Below, piece after piece: positions 7,764 through 17,613 of a stretch of DNA of 50,639 nucleotides. Below the pieces are notes generated by a model, which did no database searches, had not been told where the DNA came from, and worked only from the letters and a program-made list of their open reading frames with translations. The position numbers were made by a program, and so were the translations under genes. The stretch lies in sequence record SRR20825006_718. One strand, written 5' to 3'. The first letter of the stretch is position 1; every line of letters starts with the position of its first letter.

Positions 7764-8565
7764 AAGAGCCTACGGCGCCAAGGGTGTACAATTGCTCCAA
7801 TGTTGGTGTTTCGCTACCACCTTCGGGTTCCAAAGTAATACCAAAGGCTTCCGATTCATTCGCGTTTTCCAATGTAAATAACTTAGTGTCCACCGATGCA
7901 AAATCATCCAATAATCCAATGCTGGTGGGTGTTAGTGGGTCCAGTTTTAGGGACCAGACCTGATAGGTGAAACCTTCGGGTGGTTCTGGAAGCCCTTTGG
8001 CGTCAATAATCACTTTGCTTTCTTCTTTGTTCCAATAGGCTTTTGCATAAGAAGAAGGGGACACCGTTTGTCCACCAAGTGCAATCACCGTAACGTTTTG
8101 GTCTCTAATACTCTCAAGAAGCGATTCTTTATAAGTGATTTCCTCTTGGGTATCCGAGAGTATATCCTCTAGACTTTGTTTCTCTTTGTTGGTAAGCTCT
8201 ATTTCCGATTGTAGTTTGGAATTCTCCGTATACATCCAAAACAATCCGACGGCCAACAGCACCGATGCTGCCCATCCCAAATAACTGCCCCAAGAGGTTC
8301 CCTTGCCGGAGGTACCTTCAGGTATAAATGGAATAACATCATCTATTCGTGCTTTTATCTTGGTAAAACCATCCGAAGGCATCTTCGGTGATGCGGCTTC
8401 GGTAACTGCAAGAATGGCTCGCTCTATAGCCTCTATCTCACTCCTTATTTCAGGGTATTGAATAGCATAATGTTGCACCTCCAAGTTTTCCTCCGTGGAC
8501 AATGCTCCTGCAACATACAGTTCCAATTTTCCAGACGCTATGTATTCTTTCACATCCATGCTCAT
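7762..8565 (-). CDS. Anti-sigma factor, RskA-like
   Basis: N-terminal LELYVAGAL, one TM helix, coiled coil, LP.PPEG..YQVW and AFGITLEPEGGS..PT; start could be 8559. Confidence 0.9.
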   Translation of the reverse strand: MSMDVKEYIASGKLELYVAGALSTEENLEVQHYAIQYPEIRSEIEAIERAILAVTEAASPKMPSDGFTKIKARIDDVIPFIPEGTSGKGTSWGSYLGWAASVLLAVGLFWMYTENSKLQSEIELTNKEKQSLEDILSDTQEEITYKESLLESIRDQNVTVIALGGQTVSPSSYAKAYWNKEESKVIIDAKGLPEPPEGFTYQVWSLKLDPLTPTSIGLLDDFASVDTKLFTLENANESEAFGITLEPEGGSETPTLEQLYTLGAVGS

Positions 8566-9089
8566 GCCATATTTTTTCTAATATTTGAAATACAGCTTCT
8601 TATTCTCGTTTTGATGGTGCCAACTGGCGTATCCAGCTCTTTGGCAGCTTCTTTTTGTGTATAGCCTTTAAAATAAAGCATATCAATTAGTAAAATGCAC
8701 TTTTCCTTTAATCCTTTTAATAAAGACTGAAGCCCAATAGTGTCCATTCTATCATTAAGGTCTTCGCCGTTTTCATAGATACCTACGAGAGAATCTACGG
8801 GGAGGTTCTTTTTTTGATTTTTATGGGTTTTTGAGCGCACTTCGTCGATTGCGGCGTTACGGGCTATGTTCAAGATCCATGTGAAAAAACGGCCTTTGGA
8901 AGTGTCGTACTGGTCCGATTTTTCCCAGATTTTCACGAATACATCTTGACAGATTTCTTGGGAACGCTCCGTATCCTTCACAATTACATTGATTACCCCA
9001 CATATATTTTCAGCGTACATGTTGTACAAAGCTTCAAAGGCAGCACTGTCCTTTTTCTGAAATTTTTCTATGAGGTTGTCCAATTGCAT
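8562..9089 (-). CDS. ECF RNA polymerase sigma factor (SigK-like)
   Basis: QDVFVKIW, FFTWILNIARNAAID, PVGTIKTRIR; overlaps the anti-sigma start. Confidence 0.94.
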   Translation of the reverse strand: MQLDNLIEKFQKKDSAAFEALYNMYAENICGVINVIVKDTERSQEICQDVFVKIWEKSDQYDTSKGRFFTWILNIARNAAIDEVRSKTHKNQKKNLPVDSLVGIYENGEDLNDRMDTIGLQSLLKGLKEKCILLIDMLYFKGYTQKEAAKELDTPVGTIKTRIRSCISNIRKNMA

Positions 9090-9130
9090 AACCGGTTGGT
9101 TAAAGATATAAAAAGTTGGCTGTGTTTGTG

Positions 9131-9433
9131 CTATTCAATATTGATTCCCTTCAGCACCAATGTTTTCCATTCGGGATGTTCTTTCAGATATTTGGCAACA
9201 AAGGGACACAACGGTATGAGCGTCCAATCTTCCTTTTTGATATGCTCCAGAGTTTGTTTGATGAGTTCAGAGCCTATGCCTTGGCCTTCGTGCCCTGGGG
9301 GGACTTCGGTATGGGTAAGGTATATTTTTTCTTTGGCTTTGATATATTCAATTTTTGCTATATCGCCATTATCCAGTTCAAACTGGAACCTTTTGGCGGA
9401 TTCGTTGTCTACAAGTTGATATTGCTTTTCCAC
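9131..9433 (-). CDS. Small GNAT-fold acetyltransferase (YjdJ-like)
   Basis: LTHTEVP...GQGIGS.L and PLCPFV; GTG start. Confidence 0.88.
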   Translation of the reverse strand: MEKQYQLVDNESAKRFQFELDNGDIAKIEYIKAKEKIYLTHTEVPPGHEGQGIGSELIKQTLEHIKKEDWTLIPLCPFVAKYLKEHPEWKTLVLKGINIE

Positions 9434-9450
9434 AAAATTTTAGTGATTGG

Positions 9451-9648
9451 TTATCGGTAGCTTAATGCGCCCGATGGACATTTTGAGATTTGTTGTTTCA
9501 ATTGTTCGGTGGATGCGTTTTCGGCTTGTATCCAAGGTTTTTCTTTGGGGTTATAGACCTTTGGCAACATTTTCACGCAAATTCCGGCATGTTGGCAAAG
9601 TTCAGGTTTCCAGATCACGGCTATTTCCCCGTTAGAATATTCTTTCAT
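9451..9648 (-). CDS. Divergent 4Fe-4S mono-cluster protein (YjdI-like)
   Basis: CQHAGIC, PWI, CPSGAL; paired with a YjdJ-like gene as in E. coli yjdIJ. Confidence 0.88.
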   Translation of the reverse strand: MKEYSNGEIAVIWKPELCQHAGICVKMLPKVYNPKEKPWIQAENASTEQLKQQISKCPSGALSYR

Positions 9649-9665
9649 AGCACACAAATTGAAAT

Positions 9666-9693
9666 AAAAAAAGAGCTGCCCGAAAGCAGCTCT
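9666..9693 (-). terminator. Rho-independent terminator of sodC
   Basis: AGAGCTGC-ccgaaa-GCAGCTCT preceded by an A run on + (U run on -). Confidence 0.82.
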
Positions 9694-9702
9694 GAATAGT
9701 TT

Positions 9703-10290
9703 TTATTGAATGATACCTGTACAAGCGATTCTTGCACCGGCAGCTCCGGATGGTTGGGAGGTATAATCATCCACTCCTTGATGAACGATTACTGCTTTGC
9801 CCAAAATGTTTTTCTTTTCGTCATCGCAACCAATGCACCATTCGTCCGTAGAAAAATCTACTGTTGCGTTTCCATCTGCATCTGCGGTAAAGTTACCGAT
9901 GTCACCTTTGTGGTAACCATCTTCAGCTCCCCATTTACCGTGCTTTTCAAAAGTTGGGTTCCAGTGTCCTCCTGTTGATTTTCCATCTGCGGAAGAACAA
10001 TCTGCTTTTTCATGAAGGTGAATGGCATGTTCGCCTTCATCAAGCCCTGTAAAGGTAGCTTTCATAGTAACATTTCCATTCTCTTGGGTAAAAACAACCT
10101 CACCGTTCACATTACTGTCGCTTTTAGGTTCCATGCTAAATGTAATGGATTCAGGTTCAGTAGTTTCAACCATTTGATCCACGGTTTCTTCAACTTCCTC
10201 AGTTGCTTCTTCTGTTTCTTTTTTAGCTTGTTTGCAGCTAAACGCAGTTATAAATACTAGCGCTAACGCTATTGCTTGTATACTTTTCAT
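9703..10290 (-). CDS. sodC: Cu/Zn superoxide dismutase family lipoprotein
   Basis: HAIHLHE, GGHWNP, HKGDIGN, IVHQGVDD, GAAGARIAC; lipobox FSC. Confidence 0.93.
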   Translation of the reverse strand: MKSIQAIALALVFITAFSCKQAKKETEEATEEVEETVDQMVETTEPESITFSMEPKSDSNVNGEVVFTQENGNVTMKATFTGLDEGEHAIHLHEKADCSSADGKSTGGHWNPTFEKHGKWGAEDGYHKGDIGNFTADADGNATVDFSTDEWCIGCDDEKKNILGKAVIVHQGVDDYTSQPSGAAGARIACTGIIQ

Positions 10291-10358
10291 TAAAATGAGT
10301 TTTTAGATTAACCACTAAGTTAGGTATTATTTATGCCGCTGTCAACCATTCACGTGCT

Positions 10359-11057
10359 CTATTGATCAGTTTTTTTGCCCTTAAACAATCCTCTTAAATC
10401 TGGATTGTAAAAAATGGCCAACTGTAACCTGTCATAAACAGCATTGGCAAACTGATTTCTCAAGTAACCTAACTGCACACTGGTGTTTTCGGTAACATTC
10501 ACACCAACAGCACCATACAGCCTGTTTTGGCCAAATAGATTATCCTGTAGATTGATGAACAATTCATCATAAAAATTCAGAAAGAACGTATTGGTCAATG
10601 GCAGGGTCATTTGAATCCGATAACGCGCCCGATGTTGTGTATCGGTGGTTTCCCCAAAATCCAAAAAACGCTGCTCCAAGCGGTAACGGTGCTCAAAAAG
10701 AAATTCCCAGACTTTGTTTTTGAGTATAAATTGTTCAAAAATCCGATGCTCCTTTGAATTGATCTCGCCTTCAAACTCATAAAAATTATTATCGGTATCA
10801 ATAAACGCATAACCTCCTGTTGCAATAGCATTTGGATCGATATGGTAATTAAGTCCCGTTCTCAACAACATTTGGTTAAAGTTGCTCGTGGTCTCATAAA
10901 ACCTAAACTGTGCCTCTGTATGAATGCTTAAACGTTCCGAAATTTTGTTGGTGCCAAAGTACATGTACCAAGCTCCCATTTCATCCTCACCAGGTTGTTG
11001 TGCATTTGCGGTTAATGTTCCTAATAGTATAAAAAGGGCAGTTAATTTTTTGATCAT
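10359..11057 (-). CDS. DUF2490-like outer-membrane beta-barrel protein
   Basis: Signal peptide, EHRIFEQ, HRYRLEQRF, RARY, DELF, QNRLY. Confidence 0.82.
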   Translation of the reverse strand: MIKKLTALFILLGTLTANAQQPGEDEMGAWYMYFGTNKISERLSIHTEAQFRFYETTSNFNQMLLRTGLNYHIDPNAIATGGYAFIDTDNNFYEFEGEINSKEHRIFEQFILKNKVWEFLFEHRYRLEQRFLDFGETTDTQHRARYRIQMTLPLTNTFFLNFYDELFINLQDNLFGQNRLYGAVGVNVTENTSVQLGYLRNQFANAVYDRLQLAIFYNPDLRGLFKGKKTDQ

Positions 11058-12973
11058 TTACTTTCTTCTTTTATTGGCGTGCTTGCATCTCCTTTGAGGT
11101 ACTCGTCCAAAAACTCCAATATTTTGCTGTATGCAGTGATTTGATTCTCTTTTTTGACAAAACCATGTCCTTCATCCTCAAAGAGGACATACTCAACAGG
11201 GACTCCATTCTGACGCACCCCAGCTACAATTTCGTCAGACTCTGCCTGCAATACCCTAGGGTCTTGTGAGCCTTGAAGTACGATCAACGGTTTGGTGACC
11301 TTATCGGTATGGAAAAGAGGGGAAATCTGTTTCAACCGAACGGAGTCGGCACTGTAAGGGTCTCCCAATTCTTTATACAATGCATCTTTAAAGGATTCCC
11401 ACCATGGCGGAATACTTTTTAGGGTTCTCATCCAATTGGTCACCCCAAAGAGATTGACCCCTACATCAAATTCTTCAGGGGCGTAGGTCAAAGCGGCCAT
11501 GGTCATGTATCCGCCGTAGGATCCTCCAATAATTCCTATTTTCTCCCCATCGATTTCAGGTTGTTGAGCTAGCCAATTTTTTCCTTCTACGCAATCTTTC
11601 AAATCTTTGTCACCATGGTTAAGGTCGTCCATTTGGTAGAAGGTTTTGCCATATCCACTGCTTCCACGATTGTTCACCGCTAAAACGGCATAACCATGGT
11701 TCACCAAATATTGGATAAACGAGCTGAAGTTTTGACGGGATTGCCCACCAGGACCTCCATGTACCCAAACCAAAGCGGGTACAGGATTTTCTTCGCTTGC
11801 TTGGTGTGGGGTATAGTAAATGGCTGGGATTTCCAAGCCATCAAAGGATTCATATCGGATTACCTCGGCCTTGACCAGATCCTGTCCTTGGATTTCTGGG
11901 TTCAATACATCAGTCAGCTTTTTCTGCTCCTTGGTTTCCAAATTGTACACATAAAGGTTTGATGGTGTATGCGAACCGCCTGCGTAAAAACGCATCATGG
12001 TTTCGTCGTCGGAAAAGCTAACGCTGGTAATTTCCATGTTCTCCACCTTGGGGAGTTCTATGTTTTTGCCCGTGGCCACCTCCATCACTTCGATGGTGTT
12101 TTTGGCATCTTCGTTAATGTAAGTGACTTGATAGGTGCCATTATCCGTAAAATAACTACCTGAAATATCCCAATCACGTTCCATTGCCTTTTCGTACGAG
12201 CCATCAGCAATGGTGTATTTCATCAAATAAGAAAATTCGCTGCCATCATCGGTGGTGTAATAAAGTGCGGAACCATCGGGTGAAAAATCCTGCGGTGCGT
12301 TTCCACTTTGGTTTTTGTTGATTTTCATCAATTCTTTTGACTCCAAATTATACAAGAACAAATCGCTATCGTTCGTATTGATGGATTTGCTCAACGCCAC
12401 ATATTTTTCATCTGGGGAAACAACGCCAACATCGTATCCATCATCGTTTTGATAGATCAATTGGGCGTCCATGGTCTCCAAATTCATTTTGTAGAGGTCC
12501 ATAAATCGGCTATCCCGCTTGTTGGAGCCATAAAAGAATGCCGATTTGTCCTCGGACCATTGGTAAAACAGGGAACGGGCCCCTTCCTCTGGTGTCAGGT
12601 CTTTGTTGCTGCCATCGGTGTCCCGAACAAAAATGTGATAGATTTCATCGCCATTGTTGTCCATACGGAAGAGCATTCGTTCATCATTCGGAAAATAAGA
12701 AATAGAGAACACCGATGAGCTGTCCGATTGCGTTATGGGAATCATGTCGCCACCCGAAGTGGGTATGGTGTAGATATTATAAATGCCCGAACGGTTGCTC
12801 GATACCAACAATTTGGATTTGTCGGGTGAAAAACTTCCTCCTCCAATGGATTCGTTATCCATCATTTGGGCAATGGTGTAGGTCTTCATCGTATCTGCTA
12901 CGGAAGGTTCCTTTTTTTCTTCTTTGCACGCCCAAATGCTGGTGATCAGGGCAATGGCCAATAATTTTTTCAT
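11054..12973 (-). CDS. S9 family (prolyl oligopeptidase/acylaminoacyl) peptidase lipoprotein
   Basis: VHGGP, GGSYGG nucleophile elbow, DPRV, EGHG; start set to ATG 12973 (MKKLLA...WAC). Confidence 0.93.
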   Translation of the reverse strand: MKKLLAIALITSIWACKEEKKEPSVADTMKTYTIAQMMDNESIGGGSFSPDKSKLLVSSNRSGIYNIYTIPTSGGDMIPITQSDSSSVFSISYFPNDERMLFRMDNNGDEIYHIFVRDTDGSNKDLTPEEGARSLFYQWSEDKSAFFYGSNKRDSRFMDLYKMNLETMDAQLIYQNDDGYDVGVVSPDEKYVALSKSINTNDSDLFLYNLESKELMKINKNQSGNAPQDFSPDGSALYYTTDDGSEFSYLMKYTIADGSYEKAMERDWDISGSYFTDNGTYQVTYINEDAKNTIEVMEVATGKNIELPKVENMEITSVSFSDDETMMRFYAGGSHTPSNLYVYNLETKEQKKLTDVLNPEIQGQDLVKAEVIRYESFDGLEIPAIYYTPHQASEENPVPALVWVHGGPGGQSRQNFSSFIQYLVNHGYAVLAVNNRGSSGYGKTFYQMDDLNHGDKDLKDCVEGKNWLAQQPEIDGEKIGIIGGSYGGYMTMAALTYAPEEFDVGVNLFGVTNWMRTLKSIPPWWESFKDALYKELGDPYSADSVRLKQISPLFHTDKVTKPLIVLQGSQDPRVLQAESDEIVAGVRQNGVPVEYVLFEDEGHGFVKKENQITAYSKILEFLDEYLKGDASTPIKEESK

Positions 12974-12980
12974 GGTTCGC

Positions 12981-15900
12981 TTATTTAAGTTCAAAACTTT
13001 CGGTTTCCTTAAAAGGAGATAGATCCAATGATTCAATGGATGTTCTGTACGATTTCCATTCATCATTAAAGAAGGCATTGGTGCTTTCCAATACTGCCTT
13101 TAGTTCTTCTTCTGCAAACCGAATCATTCTTCTTTCGGTTTCGGTGATTCCAGATTTTCTTGTGTTCACATAATAAGAAGCATCTCCCAATCTGGTCATT
13201 ACGTTGGGTTCGGGGTCATCGGTGATTCCTTGTCGTTTGTCTTCCTTGCCCAAATACAGAGCAATGACAGAATCGATTTGCTTTGTAATTTCTTCGGATG
13301 CTTTTATCTGTTCCTTGAACTTGTCCTTGTCCAGTTCCTTGAGCTCTTTTTTGAATTTTTCTGCCAAATTTTTGCTTTCCACCAATTGTTTTACGGCATC
13401 CGCGGCTGTTTGCGTGTACCCTTCCAGTTTTTTGCCAGTTTCGTACACTTCGTTGATGGAGGCGAGATCAACATCCAACCTTGGGTCCGTTTTAACGGTT
13501 ACCATGGTGGAATCGGACACATCGCCATAAACCGCCTTTACTTTGTAAGTTCCTGGTTTTACCTCGATACCACCACGTTCCCTATCGCGTTTGCTGATGG
13601 TTCTCGAAGGTCTATCTGGACCTTTTTCATCCAGGTTCCAATAAATTCTATGGAAACCAGCCTTTTCGGGAGTTTTGTATTTCAATGTTCTGATGAGCCT
13701 ATCACCATCATAGAATTCAAAAAAGATGGAATCCTTGATTTTTTCCTTTGGCTTTTCGTCCTCGGCCTTGTCACCTTCATCGCTCTCGTCTTTTTTCTCT
13801 TCCTTGGATTTGTCAGCTCCTTCTTTTAGGTAGTATGTGATCATAGCTCCCGACTCCCTGTTCTCACCGCTGTAAATGGCATCTCCACCAAACCTACCGC
13901 CAGTGGGCTGTTGGTAAGCGGCCAAAAAGGCATCAGGACTATCAAAAAGACCGATTTCTTTCTCCAAAACAGATGTATTGTCCGCTAATTTTCGTAACGG
14001 TCGGATATCATCCAATACCCAAGCGGCCCTACCAAAGGTTCCGATGACCAAATCCTGTTCCCTTGGATGAATGGCCAAATCCTTTGTGGAAACGGTTGGG
14101 AAATCCTTGTCCCATTTTTTCCAATTGTTGCCTGCGTCCAATGAAAGATAAAGTCCATCATCCGTACCCAAGAACATGAGGTTTGGGTTTTTTTGGTCCT
14201 CGATAATGGAAAGCGTGTAGCTTTCCACATCGTTTTCATCTACAATACGGGTCCAGGTTTTGCCATAGTCTTTGGTGCGGTAGGCGTATGGTGTATAATT
14301 AAACCTTCTGTAATCGTTTGCTATCAATAGGGCTTCGCCTTTATTGTTTTGGGAAGCTTTTATCTGTGGAATCCAGCTTCCCGTTGGTAAGCCTTTGATG
14401 TTTTTGGTGACATCGACCCAAGTTTCTCCACCATTTTGGGTATAGTGCACACGTCCATCGTCAGTTCCAATCCAGAGCATATCCTTTTCAACGGGTGAAG
14501 GTTCGATGACGATGATGGTGCAGTGGTTTTCCGCCCCTGTGGCATCCATCGTAAGTCCACCGCTTTCGCTCTGTTTTTGTTTTTCTTTATCGTTTGTCGT
14601 CAGGTCTGGCGAGATTACTTCCCAAGTCAAACCTTTGTTTGTGGATTTGTGCACAAACTGACTTCCAAAATATACCGTGCTGTTATCAAAAGGGTCTTGG
14701 CCGATGGCCGCGTTCCAGTTAAACCGAAGTTTTGTGTCAGCATCGGGAGGGGTAGGGCGTACAATGTAACCGTTCCCTGTTTTCCAATCGTATCGGCTCA
14801 CATATCCTTGCTGGCTCATGGCGTATCCGAATTGGCTATCGTCTTTGTCCGGAACCACATCGAACCCATCGCCGAAGGCGATTTCTTGCCAATAACTGTT
14901 TCGGATACCTTGTGCTTTCCAAACATAGGCGGGTCCTCTCCAAGAGCCGTTGTCCTGCATACCTCCATATACATTGTACGGATACTCGTTGTCCGTACTA
15001 ATGTGATAGAACTGTGCCACGGGCAAATTACCAATAAAGCGCCATGTTTTGCCTCCGTTTTTGGTAATGTTGAGACCTCCATCGTTACCATCCATCATAA
15101 ATTGTCCGTTTTCGGGGTGAATCCACCAAGCATGGTGATCGGGGTGTACACCATTGTCCACCCCATAGGCGGGCATCAATTGGGTGAAGTTTTTACCACC
15201 ATCTTCGGAAACATTGATATAGGTGAAAACCGAATACACCCGATTTTCGTTCTGAGGGTCCACATATATTTCTGAATAATAAAATGGACGGTTTCCTATA
15301 TCGCTTTTATCATTGATTTTTTCCCATTTGAAACCACCATCTGTGGATTTGTACAAAGCGTTTTTCTTCGCCTCTACCAAGGCATAGATGATATTGGGTT
15401 TGTTTCGGGCTATGGCAACACCAATCCTTCCCAAATCTCCTTTGGGAAGTCCATCTTCTGCGGTGATTTGTTTCCATGTTTTACCACCGTCGTGCGTAAT
15501 GTGCAATCCGCTGCCTTCTCCGCCCGACTTAAAGAACCATGGTTCTCTTTTGTGCTCCCACATGGCAGCAATCAGTTTGTTCGGGTTTTTTGGGTCCATG
15601 ACCAAATCGGCAATGCCTGTTTTGTTGTTCACGAACAATACCTTTTCCCAAGTTTCCCCACCATCGGTAGTTTTAAAGACACCTCGCTCGGGGTGCTCGC
15701 CCCAAGGGGAACCAATGGCGCCTATATACACTACATCGGGGTCTGTTGGGTCTATTATGACCCTATGGATATGCCTTGTTTTCTCCAATCCCATGGATTT
15801 CCATGTTTTACCCCCGTCCAGGGACTTATAAATTCCATATCCGCCATTTAGGCTGTTTCTTGGGTTGCCCTCTCCTGTACCTACCCAGATTACCGATGGG

Positions 15901-16187
15901 TTGGATTGTTGGATGGCCACAGCTCCTATTGAGCCTGTTACTTCATTATCAAAAACAGGTTCCCATTTTATCCCGCCAGAAGTTGATTTCCACAAGCCGC
16001 CCGAAGCTGTTCCAACAAACATTACATCGGGATTGGAATGGACCACATCAATGGAAGTGACACGACCGCTCATTCCTGCGGGACCAATGTTTCTTGGTTT
16101 CATGTCGCGCAGCAGTTCCACATCAAAATCTTGTGCGGTGATACTGGCCGTAATAAGAAGAACAAAATAGAGGATTGATTTTTTCAT
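12981..16187 (-). CDS. Secreted VPS10/BNR-repeat beta-propeller protein
   Basis: Many S/T.DGG.TW Asp-box repeats, RNIGPAGMSGRV, signal peptide. Confidence 0.88.
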   Translation of the reverse strand: MKKSILYFVLLITASITAQDFDVELLRDMKPRNIGPAGMSGRVTSIDVVHSNPDVMFVGTASGGLWKSTSGGIKWEPVFDNEVTGSIGAVAIQQSNPSVIWVGTGEGNPRNSLNGGYGIYKSLDGGKTWKSMGLEKTRHIHRVIIDPTDPDVVYIGAIGSPWGEHPERGVFKTTDGGETWEKVLFVNNKTGIADLVMDPKNPNKLIAAMWEHKREPWFFKSGGEGSGLHITHDGGKTWKQITAEDGLPKGDLGRIGVAIARNKPNIIYALVEAKKNALYKSTDGGFKWEKINDKSDIGNRPFYYSEIYVDPQNENRVYSVFTYINVSEDGGKNFTQLMPAYGVDNGVHPDHHAWWIHPENGQFMMDGNDGGLNITKNGGKTWRFIGNLPVAQFYHISTDNEYPYNVYGGMQDNGSWRGPAYVWKAQGIRNSYWQEIAFGDGFDVVPDKDDSQFGYAMSQQGYVSRYDWKTGNGYIVRPTPPDADTKLRFNWNAAIGQDPFDNSTVYFGSQFVHKSTNKGLTWEVISPDLTTNDKEKQKQSESGGLTMDATGAENHCTIIVIEPSPVEKDMLWIGTDDGRVHYTQNGGETWVDVTKNIKGLPTGSWIPQIKASQNNKGEALLIANDYRRFNYTPYAYRTKDYGKTWTRIVDENDVESYTLSIIEDQKNPNLMFLGTDDGLYLSLDAGNNWKKWDKDFPTVSTKDLAIHPREQDLVIGTFGRAAWVLDDIRPLRKLADNTSVLEKEIGLFDSPDAFLAAYQQPTGGRFGGDAIYSGENRESGAMITYYLKEGADKSKEEKKDESDEGDKAEDEKPKEKIKDSIFFEFYDGDRLIRTLKYKTPEKAGFHRIYWNLDEKGPDRPSRTISKRDRERGGIEVKPGTYKVKAVYGDVSDSTMVTVKTDPRLDVDLASINEVYETGKKLEGYTQTAADAVKQLVESKNLAEKFKKELKELDKDKFKEQIKASEEITKQIDSVIALYLGKEDKRQGITDDPEPNVMTRLGDASYYVNTRKSGITETERRMIRFAEEELKAVLESTNAFFNDEWKSYRTSIESLDLSPFKETESFELK

Positions 16188-16335
16188 TAGTTGGCTTTGT
16201 TTTTTGAGTTTAGCTTTGACCAGTTAACGGCATACTTCGGACAAGCACGGTCATTTTTTGGTCGCTTAAAGATACCAAAAACCCCTACCTCATTTCTTAA
16301 AAGGATGTTAATGAAGTGTGAAGGGACAGCGTGGC

Positions 16336-17592
16336 TTATTTATCCTTGTAAACGACCCCATCTTTCATCACATATTTTACGTGTTTCATTTGAGAAATGT
16401 TTTCAACAGGATTCCCCTCAACAGCAATGATATCTGCCAAGTATCCTTTTTGAATCGTTCCCAGTTCATCAAAATGAAGAATTTTTGCATTCAGTGAGGT
16501 TGCTGATCGTAAGGCTTTGATGGGCTCCATGCCGTAGGCTACCATAAGTTCCAGTTCACGATAATTTTCTCCGTGGGTAAATACACCAACGTCGCCACCA
16601 AAAACAATATCAACCCCCGATTGCAGAGCCAGTTGAAAGGATTTTTTCTTTTTTGCCACTCGTTCCGGGTCGGGTTCGGCACCTTTTTTCCAACCTTGAT
16701 ATTGCGATATGGCATCTCCCGCGGCAAGGGTTGGGCAAAGGGCTACTCCATTTTCTTTCATCAAACTAAAGATTTCGGCAGTACCGCCATCGCCGTGTTC
16801 AATGGTTTCCACACCTCCCAAAATAGCGCGCCTCATTCCTTCTGGGGTACTGGCATGGGCCACCACATAACGACCAGCTGTGGTAGCTGCAGAAACCATA
16901 GCGTTTATTTCCTCCTGTAAAAAGGTAGGCTGGGAGGGCTCACCCTTGCCCCAGCGGTAATCCGCATATATTTTTATGAAGTTGGCCCCGTTGCCTAGTT
17001 GAGTTCTCACTTCTTTGACGGCATTGTCCCTACCGCTCACGGGAACAGCACCGAGAGGCACTGTGACACCGTCATGGAACCCTTTTGGACCATAGGCTCC
17101 TGTCGCCACTATGGCTGGACCCGCCATCAAAGTGCGCGGGCCTGGAATAATACCGCCGTCAATCGTCTTTTTGAGGTAGATATCGGTATAACCAGCTCCC
17201 TCTGAACCCAGGTCACGCATGGCGGTGACGCCTGCCATCAATGAATTTTTGGCGTGAACGGAGCCTCTGATAGCCCTCTCAGTGGGGGATTCCTTCAGAA
17301 CTTGGTCGTTCCATTCTGTTTCGTTGTATGGGTGCAACAGCAAATGGGAATGTCCTTCAATAATACCTGGCATCAGGGTCATGCCCTTTAATTCTTTTTT
17401 GGTGTAGGAGCTGGCTCTTTTCAAACCGTTCATTGGGCCAGCATAGGTTATTCGGTTGCTGTCAATAGCCACTACCCAACCGTTATGGATTTTCTTACCA
17501 TCAAAAACCCGTTCTGGTACAAGTAGGGTCTGTGATTGCAATGTGTTCACCAATAAGGTAATAGCTAGGACAAATATGTATTTTGATTGCAT
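16336..17592 (-). CDS. Metal-dependent amidohydrolase (Xaa-Pro dipeptidase-like)
   Basis: PGIIEGHSHL, IKIY, VVAHA, TIEHG, FGGDVG. Confidence 0.9.
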   Translation of the reverse strand: MQSKYIFVLAITLLVNTLQSQTLLVPERVFDGKKIHNGWVVAIDSNRITYAGPMNGLKRASSYTKKELKGMTLMPGIIEGHSHLLLHPYNETEWNDQVLKESPTERAIRGSVHAKNSLMAGVTAMRDLGSEGAGYTDIYLKKTIDGGIIPGPRTLMAGPAIVATGAYGPKGFHDGVTVPLGAVPVSGRDNAVKEVRTQLGNGANFIKIYADYRWGKGEPSQPTFLQEEINAMVSAATTAGRYVVAHASTPEGMRRAILGGVETIEHGDGGTAEIFSLMKENGVALCPTLAAGDAISQYQGWKKGAEPDPERVAKKKKSFQLALQSGVDIVFGGDVGVFTHGENYRELELMVAYGMEPIKALRSATSLNAKILHFDELGTIQKGYLADIIAVEGNPVENISQMKHVKYVMKDGVVYKDK

Positions 17593-17613
17593 GTTGAGGT
17601 TGTTGTTTTGGAA

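Noticed and set aside
13204-16170. Long antisense ORFs (up to 250 aa) opposite the VPS10-like gene
   Set aside because: They are shadows of a well-supported gene on the other strand and have no recognisable motifs.
16231-16254. CATACTTCGGACAAGCACGGTCAT, faintly resembling the palindromic repeat family at 39800 and 44561
   Set aside because: Too degenerate and without a partner arm; cannot be supported without a genome-wide profile.
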